Assembly: GCF_034424155.1 (NCBI RefSeq)
Contig: NZ_CP139992.1
Coordinates: forward strand, 674,012 to 698,011
DNA from: Hafnia alvei
Lineage (GTDB): Bacteria; Pseudomonadota; Gammaproteobacteria; Enterobacterales; Enterobacteriaceae
DNA length: 24,000 nucleotides
Direction of reading: 5' to 3'
A model generated the notes under the pieces. It had not been told where the DNA came from, did not search any database, and saw only the letters and a program-made list of their open reading frames with translations. This document shows positions 18,041 through 24,000 of this stretch, in pieces. Each line of letters opens with the position of its first letter. The first letter of the stretch is position 1. Made by a program: the position numbers and the translations under genes.

Positions 18041-18120
18041 GATACCCAAAATGATTGACGTTGCATCAAGGCGGCAAACATAGCCAACGTAGCGGCAACT
18101 TCAAGCAGGAAGGGGCGGGG
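18041..18120. repeat. Short (internally deleted) ERIC-like element in the deoC-deoA spacer
   Basis: gatacccaaaatgattgacgttgcatcaaggcggcaa matches the reverse complement of the right end of the ERIC at 3368-3498 (tatacccacaataattcgagttgcaggaaggcggcaa). agccaacgtagcggcaacttcaagcaggaagg matches the other end (agccaacgcacatgcaacttgaagtatgaagg). The central core is missing. Confidence 0.5.
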
Positions 18121-18217
18121 CGTTCCGCAGAACATACCTCTTTAACCTACACACATATCCAATGTCTTGAGCATGCGCTCTAAGTTCTAAGGATATAATC
18201 AGCAGGGGGATACAACC

Positions 18218-19540
18218 TTGTTCCTAGCACAAGAAATTATTCGTAAAAAACGTGATGGCCACGCGCTCAGCGAGGAAGAAATTCGTTTTTTCATCAACGG
18301 TATTCGTGACAATACCGTCTCTGAAGGTCAGATTGCCGCATTGGCGATGACCATCTTTTTCCACGATATGATCATGCCTGAACGCGTTGCCCTCACCATG
18401 GCAATGCGAGATTCCGGTACGGTTCTGGACTGGAAATCATTGAATCTAAACGGCCCGATTGTGGATAAACACTCCACCGGCGGCGTGGGTGACGTGACTT
18501 CATTGATGCTTGGCCCAATGGTGGCGGCATGCGGTGGTTATGTTCCGATGATTTCTGGCCGTGGTTTAGGCCATACCGGCGGTACGCTGGATAAGCTGGA
18601 AGCGATCCCAGGATTTGACATTTTCCCTGACGATGCGCGTTTCCGTAAAATTATTTCTGAAGTGGGTGTGGCTATTATCGGCCAGACCAACTCTTTGGCG
18701 CCGGCAGATAAACGTTTCTACGCGACGCGTGACATTACCGCGACCGTTGACTCCATTCCGCTGATCACCGCGTCTATTTTAGCCAAGAAATTGGCAGAAG
18801 GACTGGATGCACTTGTGATGGACGTAAAAGTCGGCTCCGGTGCCTTCATGCCTACTTTCGAGCTCTCCGAAGCGCTGGCGCAGTCTATCGTTGGCGTGGC
18901 TAACGGCGCAGGCTGCAAAACAACCGCGTTACTGACTGATATGAATCAGGTTCTGGCGTCAAGCGCCGGTAACGCCGTTGAAGTTCGTGAGTCCGTGCAG
19001 TTCCTGACGGGTGAATACCGCAACCCGCGCCTGTTTGAAGTGACGATGGCTTTATGCGCCGAGATGTTGATTTCTGGTAATTTGGCCGCAGATCCACAGG
19101 ACGCACGCAATAAACTGCAGGCGGTATTGGATAACGGTAAAGCTGCAGAGATCTTTGGCCGCATGGTGGCAGCACAAGGCGGCCCAGCTGATTTTGTTGA
19201 GCGCTACGATAGCTACTTACCGCAAGCCACATTAAGCAAGCCGGTCTTTGCTGAACACAGTGGTATTATTACTGCTATGGATACCCGCGAACTGGGTATG
19301 TCAGTGGTTGGACTGGGCGGCGGGCGTCGCCGTGCGACAGACAGCATCGATTACAGCGTCGGTTTAACTGATATGGTTCGTTTGGGCGACAGCGTGGATG
19401 CGCAGCGTCCATTGGCGATTGTGCATGCGTCCAATGAAGAAGATTGGCAACAGGCTGCTCGTGCAGTACGCAGCGCAATTGTGTTGGGTGACAAAGCTCC
19501 GGCAGAAAATCCGGTAGTTTATCGCCGTATCACTGAGTAA
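18218..19540 (+). CDS. deoA: Thymidine phosphorylase
   Basis: The gene uses a TTG start, as in E. coli. The sequence [33 protein letters not shown]...VYRRITE is 440 aa and near-identical to E. coli DeoA. Confidence 0.95.
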   Translation: MFLAQEIIRKKRDGHALSEEEIRFFINGIRDNTVSEGQIAALAMTIFFHDMIMPERVALTMAMRDSGTVLDWKSLNLNGPIVDKHSTGGVGDVTSLMLGPMVAACGGYVPMISGRGLGHTGGTLDKLEAIPGFDIFPDDARFRKIISEVGVAIIGQTNSLAPADKRFYATRDITATVDSIPLITASILAKKLAEGLDALVMDVKVGSGAFMPTFELSEALAQSIVGVANGAGCKTTALLTDMNQVLASSAGNAVEVRESVQFLTGEYRNPRLFEVTMALCAEMLISGNLAADPQDARNKLQAVLDNGKAAEIFGRMVAAQGGPADFVERYDSYLPQATLSKPVFAEHSGIITAMDTRELGMSVVGLGGGRRRATDSIDYSVGLTDMVRLGDSVDAQRPLAIVHASNEEDWQQAARAVRSAIVLGDKAPAENPVVYRRITE

Positions 19541-19648
19541 ACGCCATACTTAACGGGTGTTGGTTAAACCAGCCTTAGGATTAAAACCAGAGAGTCGCCA
19601 AGTTTGCATCGGCTCTTTGGTCACAGCGCTGAAGCGCAGGAGAGTAAG

Positions 19649-20872
19649 ATGAAACGTACATTTATCATGGTATTAGACTCATTTGGTATCGGTGCGAGTG
19701 AAGATGCTGAACGCTTTGGCGATGTGGGTTCCGATACGCTAGGTCATATTGCTGACGCCTGCGCGCGCGGCGAAGCAGATATTGGTCGCAAAGGCCCGCT
19801 GACCCTGCCTAACCTGAGCCGTTTAGGTTTAGGTAAAGCGGCTGAAGAATCAACCGGCCGTTTTCCACAGGGCTTGGATAAAAACGCTGAGATCATCGGC
19901 GCGTATGGCTATGCGAGCGAGCTCTCTTCCGGTAAAGATACGCCGTCTGGTCACTGGGAAATTGCGGGTGTTCCTGTTCTGTTCGATTGGGGCTATTTCT
20001 CCGAGCATGAAAACAGCTTCCCACAGGAACTGTTAGATATTCTGGTTAAGCGCGGCAACCTGCCGGGCTATCTGGGCAACTGCCACTCTTCTGGTACTGT
20101 GATTTTGGATCAGTTGGGCGAAGAGCACATGAAAACCGGCAAACCGATTTTCTATACCTCTGCTGACTCTGTATTCCAGATTGCTTGCCATGAAGAAACC
20201 TTCGGGCTGGATCGTCTGTATGAGCTGTGTGAAATCGCACGTGAAGAGCTGACTAAAGGTGGTTACAACATTGGCCGTGTGATTGCACGTCCATTCGTGG
20301 GTGACAAACCTGGCGAGTTCAAACGTACCGGCAACCGTCATGACTTAGCGGTTGAGCCACCGGCACCAACCATGCTGAAAAAGTTGGTTGATGAGAAGGG
20401 CGGTGAAGTGGTTTCTATCGGTAAAATTGCTGATATCTACGCTAACGTCGGGATTACGCAGAAAGTGAAAGCGACCGGTATTGATGCGCTGTTTGATGCA
20501 ACGCTTATCGAGATGGAAAAAGCGGGCAATAACACCATTGTGTTTACCAACTTTGTTGATTTCGACTCCTCTTACGGCCACCGTCGTGACGTCGCAGGTT
20601 ATGCCGCTGCGCTTGAGCTGTTTGACCGCCGTCTGCCAGAAATGCTGAAATTAGTGAAAGATGACGATATCATTATCTTCACCGCTGACCACGGCTGTGA
20701 CCCAACATGGGAAGGCTCCGACCATACCCGTGAACACATCCCTGTTCTGGTTTACGGACCTAAAGTGAAACCGGGCTCGTTGGGCCATCGTGAAACCTTC
20801 GCAGATATTGGCCAAACCGTAGCAAACTACTTTGGTCTGTCTCCGATGGATTACGGTAAAGTGATGTTTTAA
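19649..20872 (+). CDS. deoB: Phosphopentomutase
   Basis: From the ATG at 19649, after AGGAGAG, the sequence is [27 protein letters not shown]...DYGKVMF. It is 407 aa and near-identical to E. coli DeoB. Confidence 0.95.
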   Translation: MKRTFIMVLDSFGIGASEDAERFGDVGSDTLGHIADACARGEADIGRKGPLTLPNLSRLGLGKAAEESTGRFPQGLDKNAEIIGAYGYASELSSGKDTPSGHWEIAGVPVLFDWGYFSEHENSFPQELLDILVKRGNLPGYLGNCHSSGTVILDQLGEEHMKTGKPIFYTSADSVFQIACHEETFGLDRLYELCEIAREELTKGGYNIGRVIARPFVGDKPGEFKRTGNRHDLAVEPPAPTMLKKLVDEKGGEVVSIGKIADIYANVGITQKVKATGIDALFDATLIEMEKAGNNTIVFTNFVDFDSSYGHRRDVAGYAAALELFDRRLPEMLKLVKDDDIIIFTADHGCDPTWEGSDHTREHIPVLVYGPKVKPGSLGHRETFADIGQTVANYFGLSPMDYGKVMF

Positions 20873-20880
20873 TTTCTGAG

Positions 20881-20920
20881 CGCCACCCGGCTTTGATGAG
20901 TCGGGTGGCGTTTCATTTCA
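20881..20920 (+). terminator. Hairpin/attenuator between deoB and deoD
   Basis: The stem is CGCCACCCG(g ctttgatgagt)CGGGTGGCG (9 bp), followed by tttcatttca. The T-tract is imperfect, so this is probably a partial terminator or a stabilising hairpin within the operon. Confidence 0.4.
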
Positions 20921-20965
20921 TAGTTAGCTTGATATTTAGACTTACATACCAAAAGGATACGAATT

Positions 20966-21700
20966 ATGGCTACGCCGCATATTAATGCCGAGATGGGTGA
21001 TTTTGCAGACGTTGTGTTGATGCCGGGCGATCCGCTGCGTGCAAAACACATTGCTGAAACTTTCCTGCAAGACGTCCGTCAGGTAAACAGCGTGCGCGGC
21101 ATGCTGGGCTTCACCGGTACTTATAAGGGGCGTAAGATCTCCGTTATGGGTCACGGTATGGGTATCCCATCATGTTCTATCTATGCGAAAGAGCTGATCA
21201 CTGATTTTGGCGTGAAAAAAATCATCCGCGTGGGTTCATGTGGCGCAGTGCGCATGGACGTTAAACTGCGTGACGTGGTTATTGGCATGGGGGCATGTAC
21301 TGACTCTAAAGTTAACCGTCTGCGCTTCAAAGACCACGACTATGCAGCGATTGCAGACTTCGACATGGTGCGTAACGCATCTGACGCAGCGAAAGCCAAA
21401 GGTATCAATGCACGCGTAGGTAACATCTTCTCTGCTGACCTGTTCTACACGCCAGACCCGTCTATGTTTGACGTGATGGATAAGTACGGCATTCTGGGTG
21501 TGGAAATGGAAGCTGCGGGTATCTACGGCGTTGCCGCTGAATTTGGTGCGAAAGCGCTGACTATCTGCACCGTGTCTGACCACATTCGTACCCACGAGCA
21601 GACCACTGCTGAAGAACGCCAGACCACGTTCAACGACATGATTGAAATCGCGCTGGAATCCGTTCTGCTGGGCGATGCGGAAGAAGCTGCTGCTAAGTAA
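20966..21700 (+). CDS. deoD: Purine nucleoside phosphorylase
   Basis: [27 protein letters not shown]...[16 protein letters not shown] is near-identical to E. coli DeoD. The C-terminus carries a short Ala/Glu extension. Confidence 0.95.
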   Translation: MATPHINAEMGDFADVVLMPGDPLRAKHIAETFLQDVRQVNSVRGMLGFTGTYKGRKISVMGHGMGIPSCSIYAKELITDFGVKKIIRVGSCGAVRMDVKLRDVVIGMGACTDSKVNRLRFKDHDYAAIADFDMVRNASDAAKAKGINARVGNIFSADLFYTPDPSMFDVMDKYGILGVEMEAAGIYGVAAEFGAKALTICTVSDHIRTHEQTTAEERQTTFNDMIEIALESVLLGDAEEAAAK

Positions 21701-21723
21701 TAGCGGATAGCTGGAATACGTTT

Positions 21724-21750
21724 AAAGGCTCCTGAATAGGGGCCTTTTTT
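21724..21750 (+). terminator. Intrinsic terminator of the deo operon
   Basis: The sequence is aaAGGCTCCtgaataGGGGCCTttttt: a 7-bp stem with one G-U pair, followed by a T-run. Confidence 0.8.
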
Positions 21751-21755
21751 GTATT

Positions 21756-22005
21756 CGGTGATGGTGTAAGGTTTTGTTCGCCTCTCGTTTATGTGGCGAT
21801 GGTGATAGGTTTCGTTCGCCTATCCGCTGCTGTATTCACATACAAACTGGGTAGAAGGCGACCGATGAGGGGCGCCAGCGCGCGCCCCTTCAATCCTCGC
21901 GCTTTTATCCGAGACGCCATCTCCGCTACGGTTTGGTATCGCCCATCCAGGGCGCCCCAAACTCCGCCGGTACATCCCTGTACCGGCGGCTCTCCCAACC
22001 AAGAC
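21756..22005 (-). repeat. Structured GC-rich element 'arm L'; GGA-loop hairpins read on the minus strand; candidate CsrA-binding sRNA module
   Basis: Arm L is collinear with the reverse complement of arm R (22099-22292). Shared blocks are aggtttcgt.cgcc, gccagcgcgc, ctcgcgctttt, cggttt and atccctg..ggcggctc. On the minus strand the hairpins are ccgccgGUACAGGGAUGUaccggcgg (21989-21964) and CGCCCuGGAuGGGCG (21954-21940). Arm L also contains a 38/39-bp tandem duplication at 21757-21833. Confidence 0.6.
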
Positions 22006-22050
22006 TTAAACAATTAAAAGAAAAATAGAGAGATAAAATAAAAAGATAAG

Positions 22051-22077
22051 AAGACAAAAATGTCTTTTGTCTTTTTT
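22051..22077 (+). terminator. Small AT-rich hairpin plus T-run in the core between the two arms
   Basis: The sequence is AAGACAaaaaTGTCTTttgtctttttt. The stem is weak at 6 bp. It could insulate the two arms or act as a terminator, and the reverse strand forms a similar hairpin. Confidence 0.35.
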
Positions 22078-22098
22078 ATGTTTAAAGAGTGCATTTTA

Positions 22099-22292
22099 GA
22101 GCCGCCAGCAGGGATGCTGGTGGCAGGTTGAGGGCGTACAGGATGTGCGCTCCGAAACCGGTCGGGCAAACGACTCGGTAAAAAGCGCGAGAGTGAAGAG
22201 GTTGCGCGCTGGCAACCTCTTCTCGGACGCCTACATCAGCGGTTTCATGGAAACATAAAAGCTAACCGGCGTACGAAACCTTTCACTGTTCT
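22099..22292 (+). repeat. Structured GC-rich element 'arm R'; GGA-loop hairpins read on the plus strand; candidate CsrA-binding sRNA module
   Basis: The plus-strand hairpins are GCCGCCAGCagggatGCTGGTGGC (22101-22124, one G-U pair), GCGUACaggauGUGCGC (22134-22150, one G-U pair) and GAAGAGGTTGCgcgctgGCAACCTCTTC (22195-22222). The arm is followed by the bidirectional terminator at about 22306-22340. Confidence 0.6.
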
Positions 22293-22295
22293 AAT

Positions 22296-22340
22296 ATAAA
22301 TACGAACAAGGCGACACACTGGCCGCCTTGTTTGTATTTG
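22296..22340 (-). terminator. Bidirectional intrinsic terminator downstream of galP
   Basis: The stem is ACAAGGCG (22306-22313) with CGCCTTGT (22324-22331). T-rich tracts follow on both strands: tttgtatttg on plus and ttcgtatttatatt on minus. Confidence 0.7.
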
Positions 22341-22357
22341 TGTTACATCAATTTAAA

Positions 22358-23764
22358 TTACTTAGACCCAATCTTACGTAGTGGTTTGCCCTGCATCAGA
22401 TTACGTTCAATGTGTTCCAGAGAGATATTCTTAGTCTCAGGGATCAGCGCTAACGTAATGAAGATGAAGATAACGTTCAGACCGGCATAGACCCAGAAGG
22501 TATGTGCGCTACCCAGAGAGTTCAGCATGGTCAGGAAGGTTGCCCCGACGATCATGTTGGCAATCCAGTTGGTGGCGGTTGAACAGGTGATACCAAAATC
22601 ACGGCCTTTCAGCGGCTGAATTTCAGAACACAGCACCCAAATCAGTGGACCGGCGCTCATGGCAAAACCGACGATGAAGATTAGCAGCATGATAACGGCA
22701 AAGTACTGAGCAAACACGGAGCTGATACCGATGTTCATCATGGTACCTAAGGTGCCCATACCTAAAGCCATCACGATAAAACCGAGAATCAAGGTTGGCT
22801 TACGACCCCAGCGGTCAACTAAACCGATGGCGATAAAGGTGGCTAATACGTTCACCAGACCCACGATAACCGTGCCCCACATCTGCTGTGAGGTGCTGGC
22901 AAAGCCCGCTAAGTCGAAGATTTTTGGTGCGTAATACATAATGACGTTCATGCCGGTGAACTGCTGCATCACCTGTAACAACACGCCAAGATAAACGGCA
23001 CGGCGGAAGTTTTTATTGTTAATAAACAATGCCCAGCCGCTTTGTTTCACTTTCAGACTTTCACGAATTTCATCCAGTTCACTTTTGGCTTGTTCACTGG
23101 TATCACGCAGTTTTTCTAATACACGGCGGGCTTTTTCATCACTGCCGCGTGCGGCTAACCAGCGTGGGCTATCTGGCAGGAAGAACACACCTATCAATAG
23201 CAGAATAGCTGGAATAGTGATGACACCCAGCATCCAGCGCCATGCGCCGGTGTAGCTGAAAGCGGTGTCAGAAAGATAAGCGGCCAAAATACCGATGGTG
23301 ATCATCAACTGGTACATTGAAATCATACTGCCGCGAATCTTTTCTGGTGCAATTTCAGAAAGATAAATCGGAGCCGTATAAGATGCGATACCTACCGCTA
23401 ATCCCAGCAGTACGCGAGAAAGGATCAGAATTTCAACATCAGGTGCGAAGGCAGAAAACAGGGAGCCAACCACAAACAGGATTGCGCCAATCATCAAGCT
23501 GTATTTACGGCCAATGCGGAAGTTCAACCAGCCGCTACCCACTGCGCCGACTGCCGCACCAAACATCATAGAGCTCACAACCCATTCTTGTTGAGAGCTG
23601 GTGATTTGAAACGTCTCGCTGATAAATGGCAAAGCACCAGCGATAACACCAATATCCAGCCCGAACAGTAAGCCTGCCAGCGCAGCTAAAAAGCAGACAA
23701 AGAACGTTAGACTGGCATTTGAACGGGTCTTGCGAACCGATTGTGTACTCACGGTAGTACTCAT
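22358..23764 (-). CDS. galP: Galactose:H+ symporter (MFS sugar porter)
   Basis: The 468-aa ORF contains [29 protein letters not shown] and PESPRW-type motifs (LPDSPRW), and ends [20 protein letters not shown]. It is collinear and highly similar to my recollection of E. coli GalP. Confidence 0.93.
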   Translation of the reverse strand: MSTTVSTQSVRKTRSNASLTFFVCFLAALAGLLFGLDIGVIAGALPFISETFQITSSQQEWVVSSMMFGAAVGAVGSGWLNFRIGRKYSLMIGAILFVVGSLFSAFAPDVEILILSRVLLGLAVGIASYTAPIYLSEIAPEKIRGSMISMYQLMITIGILAAYLSDTAFSYTGAWRWMLGVITIPAILLLIGVFFLPDSPRWLAARGSDEKARRVLEKLRDTSEQAKSELDEIRESLKVKQSGWALFINNKNFRRAVYLGVLLQVMQQFTGMNVIMYYAPKIFDLAGFASTSQQMWGTVIVGLVNVLATFIAIGLVDRWGRKPTLILGFIVMALGMGTLGTMMNIGISSVFAQYFAVIMLLIFIVGFAMSAGPLIWVLCSEIQPLKGRDFGITCSTATNWIANMIVGATFLTMLNSLGSAHTFWVYAGLNVIFIFITLALIPETKNISLEHIERNLMQGKPLRKIGSK

Positions 23765-23827
23765 ACTGCCTCCGAAAAGAAACTCGTTTGTATGCTTATC
23801 ATGTTAAGAATCTATGGCGCTAATGTA

Positions 23828-23843
23828 AGTGCTCTCGATCACA
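23828..23843. promoter_or_regulatory. CRP-site candidate in the galP promoter region
   Basis: The site is aGTGCtctcgaTCACA, with one good and one degenerate half-site. It lies about 65-80 nt upstream of the galP ATG. E. coli galP is cAMP-CRP dependent. Confidence 0.3.
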
Positions 23844-23846
23844 TAA

Positions 23847-23862
23847 ATGTAATCGTTTACAC
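23847..23862 (-). promoter_or_regulatory. GalR/GalS operator upstream of galP
   Basis: The minus strand reads GTGTAAACGATTACAT, which matches 14/16 positions of the E. coli gal operator OE, GTGTAAACGATTCCAC. galP belongs to the GalR/GalS regulon in E. coli. Confidence 0.6.
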
Positions 23863-24000
23863 TAATGTGGCATTCATACGGAAAGCGAGTAGTCACAAGG
23901 TTATGGATTTACTTACAGTGTTGCGTGGCTAATTTATTGGTTTTAAAACAATTTAATCCATAAAGCAGAGTGGTACTATATTGGTTTATATGGGTATTTT

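Noticed and set aside
21756-21833. GG(Y)GATGGTG...TTCGCC strings resembling the 5' half of the fluoride-riboswitch consensus, considered as extra fluoride aptamers
   Set aside because: A 10-nt insertion splits the P1 loop. There is no downstream CUGAUGAnnCCU segment or P3 hairpin in the right register, and no downstream gene to regulate because this is a convergent gap. The match is probably a coincidence of the GGTGATGGTG low-complexity string.
21789-22017. Three mutually overlapping 60-74-codon ORFs on both strands across arm L
   Set aside because: Open frames on both strands are expected in a GC-rich palindromic repeat. The translations are low-complexity (Arg/Pro/Gly/Ala). The compensatory hairpin pattern explains the conservation better than coding does.
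22060-22131. 23-codon hydrophobic mini-ORF (MSFVFFMFKECILEPPAGMLVAG) in the AT-rich core, considered as a type I toxin flanked by structured antitoxin or UTR repeats
   Set aside because: There is no convincing SD. The ORF runs into the first hairpin of arm R and has no counterpart on the symmetric side. The hydrophobic stretch is too short for a TM helix. I leave it as a low-probability alternative.
1-24000. Searched for CRISPR arrays, IS or transposase ends, integrase or attachment sites, tRNA or rRNA genes, toxin-antitoxin pairs and defence-system gene clusters
   Set aside because: I found none. Every ORF above about 120 codons on a plausible strand is accounted for by conserved housekeeping genes, except the orphan at 8772-9311. 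There are no regularly spaced direct repeats.

Overview
This is an Enterobacterales chromosomal window of mostly conserved housekeeping genes, about 50% GC by eye. I called genes by recalling E. coli K-12 homologues, and all alignments were done by eye with no computation. Left block: ygjV' (partial), uxaA-uxaB-uxaC (minus strand), exuT, exuR, a crcB plus orphan-ORF insertion, then yqjA-mzrA-yqjC-yqjD-yqjE-yqjK-yqjF-yqjG. Right block: yjjW-yjjI (an uncharacterised glycyl-radical enzyme pair, minus strand), deoC-deoA-deoB-deoD, then galP (minus strand). I saw no transposase, integrase, CRISPR array, rRNA, tRNA or recognisable defence gene. Non-coding content includes one full-length and one internally deleted ERIC element, several intrinsic terminators, ExuR-type, GalR-type and CRP-type operator candidates, a candidate fluoride riboswitch upstream of crcB, and a decayed partial copy of the exuT 5' end in the exuT leader. 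The most interesting signal is non-coding and sits in two gaps between convergent genes: yqjG|yjjW at 14092-14337 and deoD|galP at 21756-22292. These gaps hold three copies of a GC-rich, highly structured element. Its hairpins keep their loops (AGGGAU, GGAU, CAGCGC) while the stems differ by compensatory changes. Several loops match the CsrA high-affinity consensus RUACARGGAUGU, with one 12/12 match and one 11/12 match. G-U wobble positions favour the same strand that displays the GGA loops. I interpret these as candidate CsrB/CsrC-like CsrA-binding RNA modules: a divergent pair in the deoD|galP gap and one copy nested in a terminator loop in the yqjG 3' region. This is a hypothesis, not an established fact.
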